A stretch of DNA of 60,328 nt from Streptomyces virus Wollford (IMGVR_UViG_2974628344_000001:1-60328); one strand, 5' to 3'. Positions 34,061 through 45,120 are shown, numbered from the stretch's first letter. Notes: generated from the sequence alone by a model not told the origin. A program made the numbers and translations.

Positions 34061-34423
34061 TTGGCAACAAGCGTTTACACCACCGAGGAGATTATTCTCC
34101 AAGATGGTACAGAAGTAACTCTCAAGCCTCTGAACATTAAGAATCTTCGTAAGTTTATGAAGAAGTGGAAGGAGATGGGGAGTATTGAAATTGGTGAGGA
34201 TGGAAACAGCGACGAGATTGTTGATTTCATTATCGATGCAGCACAGATCTGTCTCTCATCTCTCTACCCAGACTATTCAAACAAGTCCAAGTATGAAGAA
34301 GCAGTAGACATTCCTACCGTACATAAGATCATTGAAGTATGCGCAGGAATCAAGCTGAATGACCCGGAACTGGAGGCCGCAGCGAAGGCGGCTCTGATGA
34401 GTCAGGCGGTTGGGACAGCCTAA
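34061..34423 (+). CDS. Tail assembly chaperone (G)
   Basis: TTG start with GGAGG; LKPLNIKNLRKF; position. Confidence 0.8.
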   Translation: MATSVYTTEEIILQDGTEVTLKPLNIKNLRKFMKKWKEMGSIEIGEDGNSDEIVDFIIDAAQICLSSLYPDYSNKSKYEEAVDIPTVHKIIEVCAGIKLNDPELEAAAKAALMSQAVGTA

Positions 34424-34722
34424 ACCTGGCTAAGCTTGAAGCCGAGCTATTCTTGCTCGGAATTTGGAAGAACTTCGAAGAAATGGAAATGAATCTAACA
34501 TTAGCCGAACTTGAAGCATTGCTTGAGTCCAAGAGAGATCAGGACTTCCAGCAGAACAAGTTCCTCGCAGCGCTAAAGGGAATTGATCTCGAAGACCCGT
34601 CTGATGGACAGGCCCCGACGTTTGAAGATGTTAAGCGTCGAGCAGAGGCCAAGAATCAGGGGGTCTCTCCAGAGACCCTTGAATTCGCTGAAATTGGAAT
34701 CGGAATTGTAGAGGGTGACTGA
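34363..34722 (+). CDS. Tail assembly chaperone, -1 frame extension (T)
   Basis: -1 frame open 34363-34722 with no ATG/GTG/TTG before 34453. Confidence 0.6.
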   Translation, partial: PGTGGRSEGGSDESGGWDSLNLAKLEAELFLLGIWKNFEEMEMNLTLAELEALLESKRDQDFQQNKFLAALKGIDLEDPSDGQAPTFEDVKRRAEAKNQGVSPETLEFAEIGIGIVEGD

Positions 34723-37700
34723 CAATAGAAAATATTAATATCCGCTTTACTGGTACTGCGGACTTCCGACAGGCCAATGCTCAAATTGAAGCATTGAATG
34801 CACAGCTTGCAGCAATGCAAGCTCAGCTAAGTCGTGCCGCTCTACCTGCAATTGCTACAGGATTCAGAAACAATGTGCGTAATCTCGGCAACATGTCTGT
34901 CGAGACAATGCGTGTTACTTCTGCGTCTGAGATGTATACAAAGGCATTGCAGAAGCAGGAAATTACTATGCGTCAGGCTATTAAGAATCGTCAGACATTT
35001 AATCAGGTTCTTCGTGAGCAGTATGCATTGAGCAGGGCTGCCGCTGTACAGTGGACAACAAACGCACGCGGCGGCAGCACACTCGATCTTATCGTACCTA
35101 GAGACGCACCACAGCGTCTAGGCAATTTCAGACAAACACTTAGTGCAGTTCGTGCTGGAACTATTTCCACAAACGTAGCGCTGAGCGAGATGGCCATTAA
35201 GATGGGTCTAGTCAGCCAGGTTGCAAATGCATCAGCAGCCAACATGATCAAGTGGGGTAAGAACACTCAGTGGGCTGGTCGTCAGCTAATGGTTGGTTTG
35301 ACTATGCCTGTAATTGCGGCCGGTGCTGCAATGGGTAAGCTAGCATATGATGTTGAGAAGGAAATGACTCGTATCAATAAGGTATACGACTTCTCAGCCA
35401 ATAGAGATCAAAATGCGGCAAAGTACTCACAGGAATCAGCAACCCTTAGAAAGAACTCATTTGAAGCTGCTAGAACAGCGGCTCAGCAGTTTGGTGCCTC
35501 AATGCAGGATACTCTAAAGGTAGAGGCAAACCTTGCGGCAACTGGTGAGCGTGGAAATGAGCTTATTGGTAAGACAACAGAAGTTATGCGTCTCGCGACT
35601 CTTGGTGAATTCGATTATCAGAAGGCGCTAGAGACCACCATTACCTTGCAGTCCGTTTACGGATCAAACACATCTGAGCTTGCAGAGCAGTTCAATTACA
35701 TGAACGCTGTTGAAAATGCAACCTCTCTATCTATTGAAGACTTCGCAAAGGCCATTCCAAAGGTAGCTGCACCCCTTAAGACATTGGGTGGAGATATCCA
35801 GGACGTCGGTACTTTGCTTGTTGCCATGCGTTCACGTGGTATTAATGCTGTTGAAGGCGCTAACGCAATTAAGGCATCATTCAACCGAGTCCTTAACCCC
35901 ACCAGGGCAGCTAAGGATCTATTTGATGAATTCACCAACCAGTCCCTAGTTGATCTAGTAAAGGCGACCGGTGGAGATGTAATTCCAACATTCCAGGCCC
36001 TTGAAAAGGCTACTAGAGGACTAAGCGGTCTACAGAAGCAACAGCTATTTGGTAAGCTATTTGGTACTCAGCAGACGACCCGTTTGCAGGCAATTGTAGA
36101 AGAAATGGGTAATCTTGATGATGCTACCACTCAGGTTGGAAAGGCTTATGAGCTAGCTGGAAAGAGTTCTGCATCATGGGCCGAATCAGCTAATCGAGAG
36201 ATGGAAGCATTGCAGAAGTCTCCATCCGGAAGGCTAAAGATCGCTATTGAATCATTGAAGGTCGAACTGGCCGAAGCAGGAAAGCCATTCCTTGAAGTTG
36301 CCAGTGTAATTGTTGGAGCCGTCATGAAGATTGTTTCAGCTTTCAATGAGCTTCCTGGCCCAATCAAGACTTTCGCATCAGCTACAATTATCATTGGTGC
36401 AATTGCCGGTCCGATCATTATGCTTGCCGGTCTATTTGGTAACCTTCTAGGTCAGGCTGTAAAGCTTGGCGCTGGAATGCTTGGATTGATTTTCCGATTC
36501 CGTGCTCTTCTTCCTGAGCAGGCAGCAGCAAGACTTGCAGCAATGCAGGCTGGTGCCTCTATGCAGACTCAGGCTGGTCAGACAGTAGCCCTTACCGCAG
36601 TTATCAATGAATTGACTGCGGCCCTTACAAGGGCAACTGGTGCACAGGTTGGATTCAACAATGCTGCAATGAGAGGTGTAACTCCTGTTCCAGGCGGAAC
36701 GGCTCCAGTAGCTCCAGGAACAAGACCAGCAACAATTACCAATCCAGTAGTCGGCCCAATTACGCAGACAGGCAGCACATATCGCGATGCTACCGGCCGT
36801 ACAATGACTCAGGCCGAAGTTAGAAATTGGCAGGCCGCTCAGGGTTCATCTGCAACAATTAATCAGAATTCTGCTAGCACTCGTCGTAACTGGCAGCAAA
36901 TGGGATCTTCCTTCCAGAATGTAGCTATTGCCGCTGGATTTATGGGAGTTATGGCAGCAGATGCCGACAGCCTTCTTTACACAATGTCTCAGGTTGCTAT
37001 TGCTGCCGCTCTAATCGGCCCGGCGCTAATTGGTCCAATCAGTAGATTTGGTGCTGCTATTGGTACTATGGTTATGCCTGCTCTAAGATCAGTGGGAACA
37101 GCAGCTAGATCAGCATTTGGCTCAATTGGAACTAGAGGCGCGGCAGCATTTGGAGCAGTAAGAAGTTCTGTCGGCGGTGTTGTAACTGCTCTTGGTGGAG
37201 CCTCTGCAATTATGGGAACAATGCTGGCAGCAGCCCTTGCTATCGGTGCAGCCTGGTATATCATCAACAAGAACATTAAGGAATCTGCAAAGGAACAAGA
37301 GAACGTAGCAGGTTCAGCAGAAGCATGGTCTAAGACTCTTGGATTTACTTACACAGAGCAGCAGAAGATCGTTGCACAGAATAAGCAGAACGTCAGCTCC
37401 TTGAATGATCAGATGAACGAATTTAAGAAGAACAACAAGGACGCCTACAATGACATGCAGAGATTCTACGATGCTTCTGAGGCTGAGAAGTGGGCGCGTG
37501 CTATTGAAGAAGGTGTAAAGGTACGTCTTCACGGTGGTACAAAGAGCGCGGCGGAAGAGGCTACCAGAACTGCCCTTGGTATTATGGGAAGAAGATTCTC
37601 CGCAGCAGAATTCCAGGTGGCGATTAAGGGTAAGTTCGACTTCAATGATATTGATAAGGTTGTTGAACGTCGTATGAGTGACGCCGCTCAGGATATGCAG

Positions 37701-40700
37701 GATGCTGTAAACAAGAAGTTCGAACAGGGCGGCTCAGAAGGTTTCGCAAGATTCTTTGCTGGTAATGGAACAATTCAGCAGAAGGCTGGAAAGCAGATTA
37801 AGCAGAATGCCGAAGACCTTTGGGATATTTATGACAACACTCAGGAATCAAAGAAGAAGGAAGTCTTCGATAAGATTGCCGAATCTGTAAACTCTCAGTC
37901 TGTTCGTGTATTTGAAAAGTACAAGGCAAAGTACAAGGGCGACTTCGAGAAGATGGGAATTGAAACCTTCAAGGACTGGACCGATTACCTCACAAAGCAC
38001 GATGTAGGAAATGGTACTGAAGGTGTATCCCTTGGTGTAAAGCTCGGACTTTCTGATGCTGAGATTGATCAGGTTCGTCGTGCAAATGACGCGGTGGAAG
38101 GATTCTCCAAGACATTCGGAGATATGCAGGGAATTCCACAGGGCAAGGCGGACGTATGGAACTTCAATGATCTACGTCAGTATGTTCCTGAATTGCAGAA
38201 GGCAGAAACTCAGCTTATCAGTGTTAAGCAGGCCGAGGATGGATATTACTCAACTCTTCGTGAGCGTAGTCGAGCCGGTGTTGAAACAAGCAATGCCGAT
38301 AAGCTTGCCATTCTTAATATGCAGCGTAGAGCAGCAGGACTAGAAGACGCCACCTCCCTTGAGCAGATGTTCAAGAAGAATCTTGACAATTCTACAGGAT
38401 CTCTAAAGGAAAACGCCAATGAGTGGGCTGCAAATGCAGACAATGTAGATCAGTTCACAGAAGCCTATAAGGGCGTATTCTCTGGCACTCAGGACGCAAT
38501 GTTCTCTCAGGCTGAGGAACTTCTAAATGATCAGATGCAGGGCGAAATTGATTCAATTAACGCTCGCTCTGAGGCACGTGCAAAGGCTTTGGACAATGCT
38601 CAGGAAAGGGCTGACGACCGATTTGATGCACGTCAGGAGCGCACCGAAGACAGATTTGAAAAGAAGCAGGATGCTCTAGACAAGAAGTACGAAAAGCGCC
38701 AGCGCTCATTTGATGCTCGCTGGGAAGGTCTAATGGAATCCCACGATAAGAAGTGGGAACGTAAGACTGAGCAGACAAACAAGTACTATGATGCCCGAAT
38801 CAAGAAGATTCAGGATGCAATCAAGACCGAAGAAAAGGCTGAGGCAACTCGTCAAAAGATCTTCGAAGCTGAAAAGACCAGAATTCAGCGTTCTGCTGAA
38901 ATGGCAAACATGAACATCGACTTCAACATGGCCATCAACTCAGGTAACCTTGATGAGGCTGCAAAGATCGGTAACAACATGCAGGCCAGCCTTGATACTT
39001 GGGCAACTGAGGATGCCTCTGAAGCTAGTCAGTCTGCTTCTGATAAGAAGATTGAAGGACTTAACAACCAGCTAACGTCTGTAGAAGCCGAAAGAGATCG
39101 TCGTCTCAAGGTTATTCAGCAGATGGAAGAGGCTGAAAAGAAGCAGCTAGAAAAGCGTAAGCAGCGTGAGCAGGATGCTCTAAATGCTCAGCGTGAAGCT
39201 GCCAATAAGTCATTGCAAATTGCCCGTGAGCGTGCTCTAAAGCAGATTCAGATTGAGCGTGAAGCTTACAACAAGATGATCCAGAATCAGCGCGAGGCGT
39301 TGCAGAAGGAGACTCAGGACAAGATCAGGGCAACTCAGCGAAAGTATGAGGCTGCCAAGAGAGCCCTTGAAAATGAACTCGCTGCACTTAAGGCATTCAT
39401 TCCTAGAAACAAGAAGGAATTGGATGAGCACATTAAGAAGGTTGAGCAGGCATATGCAAAGTATGGTGTAAATCTTAAGGGCAAGGGTAACGACTGGTCC
39501 AAGTACATCAAGGACAGGCTGAATGCAAACATTAAGGCCGCCGCTTCTGATCTAAAGAGCAAGATCGCATGGGACAAGATTGCCAAGGATGTTGCAAATG
39601 AGATTTCCGAAGGTGCGTTTGGTTTGACCATTGGACAGTTCTCAACTTGGGTGTCTAAGGGTACTCTTCCTAAGTCTGGCCTCAACGAGAAGTCTGGAAA
39701 GAATAAGTCTCTAGACTCTCACCACGAAGGTGGTCTCATTGGAGGAAAGGCCGGTGGAAGTGGTAGAACTGGTTACTCTGGTGGACGTGCTCATTCTGAA
39801 CTAGATATTCGTGCCAAGAGAGGCGAATATATGATGAAGGACAAGGCCGTACGAAAGTATGGAGTCGACTTCATGGAGAACATCAATAAGGGTAATCTAG
39901 AGCCTGGCATGGGTGGATTTGGCGACAGCATGGGTCTTGCAGGTCTTCTTGGAGCGGGTATGGCTGGTATGATGCAGGCCATGATTCAGGAAGGAATTCA
40001 GGCTGGTGCCAACCAGGCAATGATGCTTGGAATTGATGGAACTGCTATTGCAGGAGCAGCCGGTGTATATGGTGGAGTTGGTCTAAGTGGCGAACAGATG
40101 CAGAATGCGGCCACCATTATTGGAACTGGTAAGGGACTAGGAGCGAGTCAGCGAGACCTTATCATTGCAATTATGACTGCTATGCAGGAGTCCACTCTTA
40201 GAAACCTAAGTTATGGTGACCGTGACTCTGTTGGTCTATTCCAGCAGCGTAATGCATGGGGATCATTTGCAGCACGTACAAATCCAGCAGAAGCAACAAG
40301 GATGTTCTTCCACGGTGGTAAGGCTGGACAGAGAGGTCTATTTGACTTCCCTAACAGAAACAACATGTCACTTGCCCAGGCTGCTCAGGCGGTTCAGGTA
40401 TCTGCATTCCCAAGTGCTTATGCCAAGTGGGAAGACATGGCTCGCGCAGTTGTTGCAGCTACGACATTTCAGGCGTTGACTGGTAACTCCGGATTCCGAA
40501 GGCCAATCAGTGCTCCTGTTTCCAGACCATATGCACAGCACAGCAATCTTCCAAGAGCTACCGACTTTGCAGCAGCATCAGGAACTCCTGTTGTTTCTGC
40601 AATGCCGGGAACAGTTACCACTTCTACTGATCTTCGTGGAAATGGAAATGGTGGATATCGTTCTTATGGTAGATATGTTGTTGTTGGAAACGGAATGGAC

Positions 40701-41129
40701 AGAACTCTATATGCTCACCTAAGCAGAAGAAATGTAAGTGTTGGTCAGCAGGTTCGTCCAGGACAGCTACTTGGTTACTCTGGTAACACAGGTAATTCAA
40801 CTGGGCCTCACCTTCACTTTGAAACATGGAGAAATGGACAGACAATTCCACCGGGCGCATTTGGAATTCCAGGTCTGCTAACTGGTGGAAAGATCAAGTA
40901 TGACAACACCATTGCCAATCTGCACAAGAATGAGGCGGTATTGACTGCTCCACTCACAGCTAAGCTAGAAAATGGAATTGACAGAATTGACTCTGGAAGT
41001 TCATCCACATACAATGTGAATATCAACTTCGACAAGCCTGTAAACACTCAGATCGATTTCGAGCGCGGTGTCAAGAAGGCCCTTGAAGAAATAGAAAGCA
41101 AGAAGGGAAGGAATAGAACAGTACGATGA
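34719..41129 (+). CDS. Tape measure protein with C-terminal transglycosylase-like and M23 peptidase domains
   Basis: >2100 aa; TMP core; AMQES..GDRDSVGLFQQR; YAHL...GNSTGPHLHFE; frame open from CTG 34719 (track start 34794). Confidence 0.92.
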   Translation: MTIENINIRFTGTADFRQANAQIEALNAQLAAMQAQLSRAALPAIATGFRNNVRNLGNMSVETMRVTSASEMYTKALQKQEITMRQAIKNRQTFNQVLREQYALSRAAAVQWTTNARGGSTLDLIVPRDAPQRLGNFRQTLSAVRAGTISTNVALSEMAIKMGLVSQVANASAANMIKWGKNTQWAGRQLMVGLTMPVIAAGAAMGKLAYDVEKEMTRINKVYDFSANRDQNAAKYSQESATLRKNSFEAARTAAQQFGASMQDTLKVEANLAATGERGNELIGKTTEVMRLATLGEFDYQKALETTITLQSVYGSNTSELAEQFNYMNAVENATSLSIEDFAKAIPKVAAPLKTLGGDIQDVGTLLVAMRSRGINAVEGANAIKASFNRVLNPTRAAKDLFDEFTNQSLVDLVKATGGDVIPTFQALEKATRGLSGLQKQQLFGKLFGTQQTTRLQAIVEEMGNLDDATTQVGKAYELAGKSSASWAESANREMEALQKSPSGRLKIAIESLKVELAEAGKPFLEVASVIVGAVMKIVSAFNELPGPIKTFASATIIIGAIAGPIIMLAGLFGNLLGQAVKLGAGMLGLIFRFRALLPEQAAARLAAMQAGASMQTQAGQTVALTAVINELTAALTRATGAQVGFNNAAMRGVTPVPGGTAPVAPGTRPATITNPVVGPITQTGSTYRDATGRTMTQAEVRNWQAAQGSSATINQNSASTRRNWQQMGSSFQNVAIAAGFMGVMAADADSLLYTMSQVAIAAALIGPALIGPISRFGAAIGTMVMPALRSVGTAARSAFGSIGTRGAAAFGAVRSSVGGVVTALGGASAIMGTMLAAALAIGAAWYIINKNIKESAKEQENVAGSAEAWSKTLGFTYTEQQKIVAQNKQNVSSLNDQMNEFKKNNKDAYNDMQRFYDASEAEKWARAIEEGVKVRLHGGTKSAAEEATRTALGIMGRRFSAAEFQVAIKGKFDFNDIDKVVERRMSDAAQDMQDAVNKKFEQGGSEGFARFFAGNGTIQQKAGKQIKQNAEDLWDIYDNTQESKKKEVFDKIAESVNSQSVRVFEKYKAKYKGDFEKMGIETFKDWTDYLTKHDVGNGTEGVSLGVKLGLSDAEIDQVRRANDAVEGFSKTFGDMQGIPQGKADVWNFNDLRQYVPELQKAETQLISVKQAEDGYYSTLRERSRAGVETSNADKLAILNMQRRAAGLEDATSLEQMFKKNLDNSTGSLKENANEWAANADNVDQFTEAYKGVFSGTQDAMFSQAEELLNDQMQGEIDSINARSEARAKALDNAQERADDRFDARQERTEDRFEKKQDALDKKYEKRQRSFDARWEGLMESHDKKWERKTEQTNKYYDARIKKIQDAIKTEEKAEATRQKIFEAEKTRIQRSAEMANMNIDFNMAINSGNLDEAAKIGNNMQASLDTWATEDASEASQSASDKKIEGLNNQLTSVEAERDRRLKVIQQMEEAEKKQLEKRKQREQDALNAQREAANKSLQIARERALKQIQIEREAYNKMIQNQREALQKETQDKIRATQRKYEAAKRALENELAALKAFIPRNKKELDEHIKKVEQAYAKYGVNLKGKGNDWSKYIKDRLNANIKAAASDLKSKIAWDKIAKDVANEISEGAFGLTIGQFSTWVSKGTLPKSGLNEKSGKNKSLDSHHEGGLIGGKAGGSGRTGYSGGRAHSELDIRAKRGEYMMKDKAVRKYGVDFMENINKGNLEPGMGGFGDSMGLAGLLGAGMAGMMQAMIQEGIQAGANQAMMLGIDGTAIAGAAGVYGGVGLSGEQMQNAATIIGTGKGLGASQRDLIIAIMTAMQESTLRNLSYGDRDSVGLFQQRNAWGSFAARTNPAEATRMFFHGGKAGQRGLFDFPNRNNMSLAQAAQAVQVSAFPSAYAKWEDMARAVVAATTFQALTGNSGFRRPISAPVSRPYAQHSNLPRATDFAAASGTPVVSAMPGTVTTSTDLRGNGNGGYRSYGRYVVVGNGMDRTLYAHLSRRNVSVGQQVRPGQLLGYSGNTGNSTGPHLHFETWRNGQTIPPGAFGIPGLLTGGKIKYDNTIANLHKNEAVLTAPLTAKLENGIDRIDSGSSSTYNVNINFDKPVNTQIDFERGVKKALEEIESKKGRNRTVR

Positions 41130-41521
41130 TTCTACCAAAGCCAAGGCTGATGCGTTGGAACAACAACGCAGTAACAGACCATAACCGTGGAGAGCTATCA
41201 GTAGACGTTGAGCGAATTGAAAAAAAGCAACGCATGGCAGATGGCACCATGAGAAAGTACATTGTCGCAGACAAGCGTACATTCGATGTGCAGTGGCAGA
41301 ATCTTCCTCACACTGCTTCCCACACCGTAGATGGCCACTGGGGTGCCAATGAGATTATTAACTTCTACAACAGCACTCCAGGAGCCTTCACACTTGAGTT
41401 GAGCTATGGAGACGGAACAGTTCAGACTTACCAAGTGATGTTTTCAGATATTAGCCACAATCTGACAAAGCGTGGTGCTTATGATTTCTACGAAGTATCA
41501 GTATCTATGGAACAGGTATAA
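41126..41521 (+). CDS. Distal tail/minor tail protein
   Basis: Position after the tape measure. Confidence 0.65.
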   Translation: MILPKPRLMRWNNNAVTDHNRGELSVDVERIEKKQRMADGTMRKYIVADKRTFDVQWQNLPHTASHTVDGHWGANEIINFYNSTPGAFTLELSYGDGTVQTYQVMFSDISHNLTKRGAYDFYEVSVSMEQV

Positions 41522-44500
41522 TGCAGACAACGACATTTTATGTAAATAAGCAGCTAAAAGAAGGGCTTGCCGTAACCGCCAAGCCTCTACTTATTGCTGA
41601 ATGGAATCAGAACAGATATGCTGGAATTGAAAAGGTTAGTGACAGTCTGACTAGTTGGGATGACGGAGAGCCAGAGTACTATCCACTCGATTCAATCGTA
41701 GAACCTCTACGTCCCTCTAAGAAGGGTATTGTAAAGGCTCGTGCCAGCGTAGAAGGAATTGTCTCTGAATACTCAGACAGGCCCGGTGGAAAGAGATTCT
41801 ACCTTGCTGATGTAGAAGATACATATAAGTATTGGACTAGTCATAAGCCAAGCTATCTGTCCAGTGGACTAATTAAGTTCCCTGGACCAGTTAGACCTTA
41901 TGTCATTTACAAGAACGCCTGCTGGACAAACAAGATTCATATGCTATTTGAAACATCTGCCGCCTGGCCAGTCGATTTCGATATCGACATTACCCTTGAT
42001 GGAACCAACTGGACAACAGTAAGTGGCGACATTATTCCTGACGCAGATGGTAAAGTAGTCATTTATCGTCAGTCAAATGGAACTTGGAGCACAACAGTCA
42101 ACAGAGATAATCCAATTAAAATCAAGGGTGTTCGACTAAACGTTAACACGATCTCTGTCGTTGGTAAGTACCTAGAACTGATTGAGATCTCAGCACGACT
42201 TGAACTTGATCTTACTTCTACATTGATCTCATCAGACTATTCATTCAACATGTCTGACACCAGCTTCCTGACACCCCTTGGAAATGCCTCATCAAATACT
42301 GCTAGCATTGAATTGTCTAATATCGACAGAAGATATGACAACGACAACGCCAGCTCAATGTTCTATGGTCTCATCGACAAGAATGTCAAGATGACTTATA
42401 GCATTGGAATTGATGAAAGCCCGGTGGGTGGAAGTGGCTTTACATACATTCGTCAATTCACCATGTTTACAGATAGCTGGTCAGGACAAGGACAAGAGAC
42501 CTGCAATGTATCCCTAAAGGATGCATCAAAGTTCATGCAGGAAATCAAGCCACAGAAGATGTTCTTTGAAAACATGACTCTTGGAAAGATCGTTTGGCAG
42601 CTATGTGATGTGATCGGATTTACTGATTACAACTACGATAAGTTGGACGATGACAAGGCTACCGTTGTTCCTTATTTCTGGACAGACGGAGAAAAGACAA
42701 TCTGGGAGATTTTCAGCAATCTCGCAGTGACAACTCAGAGCGCTATTTACTTTGACGAATTCGGAATCCTTCAAGTACTTACAAGAGACAGAGCCTACAA
42801 TCTTGGAAATCCGGTTGTATGGCAATTGGACGGACTAAAAGTTGGAACAAAGCAGCCCGACATTATCGAAGTCAATCAGACGTATGACTTCGAAGCAAAT
42901 GATGTAACTGTGAGATATAACAAGACCAGCATTTCAGATATGGTTGGCCGTGTTCCAAAGATGGATATTGTATGGCAGCCAGAAGGAGATGTTGTTCTAA
43001 GATCAAGTCAGCTTCGTGAGAGCATGGACAGCACTCAGGAATTCATTCGAATGACTGGTTCCGAAGCGGCATCATGGCCATATTCAGGAATCATTGAATG
43101 TGAAGGTGAGTTGATCAGATATGATGCAAAGGGCTATTGGTACTACAACAAGTCTGGCGTAGCAACATTCAAGGCAATCAAGTCCTCTGATGAAAAGAAG
43201 CAGATCGATGAAGAACTCAGCAGTCCAGAATTGAAGTTCAAGAACTACTTTTCTGGATGGATGAGGGTTTCAGAAAGAGGTCTTTGGAATACATATCCGA
43301 CTTCTCACAAGAATGATGCCAGTGGATACGCGATCAAGGTTGCCAATTACAGAGGTGTCTACAAGACATGGACTGGTGGATTTGTTCACAATAAGGACCA
43401 GTCAACAATCAGCCTCAAGGCGACGAAGGAAACAAATCCAAATACATGCTATGTTGTATCACGTGGTAGCTCTAACGACAGAAACATCTGGTATGTAGGA
43501 ACAAGAGTGAGATTCCGTGATTCTGGATATTCAAAGGGTGAGGCCGGTGTTGCATTTAATCTCGGAGACAAGGACGCAGGTTACTACCTTGAGCTGACAA
43601 GAACTGACAGACTTCCTGGCGGTAGAAAGTATCAGCACGAAGTCAGCTTCTTTGTCCGTAGAAGTAATGGAAAGATTGAAAGGTTTGGACCAGATAAGGG
43701 CAAGGGAGTAGCTATGGCTATTTCCAAGAATGTCTGGTACGACATTGATATCTGTATCCGAATGGAGAATGGTGTTTATGGAGAGCCTGGCGCATATGTC
43801 GGTCACGTTATCGAAGTAAGCATCAATGGTCTTACAAAGATGACCTTCACCATTCCCAGAGAAAAGAAGCTCACAATGAATTCCAGATTCGGTGTATTCA
43901 CCAAGGGAAACACACACGCCGATTTTGAATATCTCTATGGAAATGGAACGACTGAAAACCTGAGACTCGATACCAGCAACATGTTTGACAGAATTCGCGG
44001 CGGAATTGTTGCAACTCAGGCGGACAGAGAATGGGTATATGCAACTCGTTGGGTAAGCAGAATCATTAAGAAGAAGAAGCAAAAGGTTCTCGATAAGTAT
44101 GCTCAGAGATTCTTTGATGATTTTGGACCAATCTGTCACGAGATGAGAGAGTTTGATGTAACGTTTGAGAAGTTCCCTTCTGTTCATTCAAACATATATT
44201 TCTCTAACACAACTCAGGTCGCATGTCCAGAATATAGCTCCGATCCGTTTGGATCTAAGTTCATCCTTGCAAACACATATCGATCAAACGCGGTGCTCAA
44301 TGGAGAGGACACACTGACCTTTGGAGTGGATAATCCAGTCACACAGCAATTGATGATTTACGGCAGGACAGTCAACAAGGAAGACGAAAAAACAATTGTT
44401 GTGAAGAACGATGAGGCTATTAGAAGGCGTGGATCTGTTGAAACTGAAGTGCAGTCCGAATGGATTCAAACTGAGGCGGCGGCGAAGGCTCTTGGAGACT

Positions 44501-44712
44501 GGATTGTAAAGCACTGGGCTAATGGCTGTGATGAGATCGAAGTAACAACATTTGGAAATCCTCTATTGCAAGTGGGCGATATTGTATCTGTCAATTACCC
44601 TCAAAAGGGTATGAACCCCGTAACGCACAGATACTTTATCGTAGGAATCAGAAGGGGATTCAATGGTGGATTTGATGACACCGAGCTTACCTTGCGTCGT
44701 GTTAAAGCATAA
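41521..44712 (+). CDS. Minor tail / baseplate hub protein, 1063 aa
   Basis: Position; IYFDEFG; C-terminal GNPLLQVGD. Confidence 0.75.
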   Translation: MQTTTFYVNKQLKEGLAVTAKPLLIAEWNQNRYAGIEKVSDSLTSWDDGEPEYYPLDSIVEPLRPSKKGIVKARASVEGIVSEYSDRPGGKRFYLADVEDTYKYWTSHKPSYLSSGLIKFPGPVRPYVIYKNACWTNKIHMLFETSAAWPVDFDIDITLDGTNWTTVSGDIIPDADGKVVIYRQSNGTWSTTVNRDNPIKIKGVRLNVNTISVVGKYLELIEISARLELDLTSTLISSDYSFNMSDTSFLTPLGNASSNTASIELSNIDRRYDNDNASSMFYGLIDKNVKMTYSIGIDESPVGGSGFTYIRQFTMFTDSWSGQGQETCNVSLKDASKFMQEIKPQKMFFENMTLGKIVWQLCDVIGFTDYNYDKLDDDKATVVPYFWTDGEKTIWEIFSNLAVTTQSAIYFDEFGILQVLTRDRAYNLGNPVVWQLDGLKVGTKQPDIIEVNQTYDFEANDVTVRYNKTSISDMVGRVPKMDIVWQPEGDVVLRSSQLRESMDSTQEFIRMTGSEAASWPYSGIIECEGELIRYDAKGYWYYNKSGVATFKAIKSSDEKKQIDEELSSPELKFKNYFSGWMRVSERGLWNTYPTSHKNDASGYAIKVANYRGVYKTWTGGFVHNKDQSTISLKATKETNPNTCYVVSRGSSNDRNIWYVGTRVRFRDSGYSKGEAGVAFNLGDKDAGYYLELTRTDRLPGGRKYQHEVSFFVRRSNGKIERFGPDKGKGVAMAISKNVWYDIDICIRMENGVYGEPGAYVGHVIEVSINGLTKMTFTIPREKKLTMNSRFGVFTKGNTHADFEYLYGNGTTENLRLDTSNMFDRIRGGIVATQADREWVYATRWVSRIIKKKKQKVLDKYAQRFFDDFGPICHEMREFDVTFEKFPSVHSNIYFSNTTQVACPEYSSDPFGSKFILANTYRSNAVLNGEDTLTFGVDNPVTQQLMIYGRTVNKEDEKTIVVKNDEAIRRRGSVETEVQSEWIQTEAAAKALGDWIVKHWANGCDEIEVTTFGNPLLQVGDIVSVNYPQKGMNPVTHRYFIVGIRRGFNGGFDDTELTLRRVKA

Positions 44713-44748
44713 TTTGGCTTTGAGGTAACACTTAGATATAATTGCTTC

Positions 44749-45120
44749 ATGAGCATTAACAGCAATCAAATTATCAAGAAGCCTGATGTTGTTATCGACC
44801 CCAATTTCTTTCTACCACCTGGGGTCGTTGACGCACGCTATCCTAGCGAAATTGAGGTTGACCAAGGAGAGATCGATGAAGTCATTGATGTTGACGACGT
44901 TCTTGAGGTTGATCTAGAAGATGAGCAGGCTGAAATTGATGAGCCAGAGGAGACTGGCGAAGACAACGAAACCGATAAGCTTCTTCCACCTGATACCGCC
45001 ATTGTTGTAAGTCAGACTGTAAGAACTGGTGAGAATGGACAGCAGGTTGTTGATGTTGTTCTGGAAGTTCCAGATGTTGATGAATCAATTCAGATCGACG
45101 TTAGGATGACAAAGGTATGA
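44749..45120 (+). CDS. Acidic hypothetical tail-region protein
   Basis: ORF track; TATAAT upstream. Confidence 0.7.
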   Translation: MSINSNQIIKKPDVVIDPNFFLPPGVVDARYPSEIEVDQGEIDEVIDVDDVLEVDLEDEQAEIDEPEETGEDNETDKLLPPDTAIVVSQTVRTGENGQQVVDVVLEVPDVDESIQIDVRMTKV

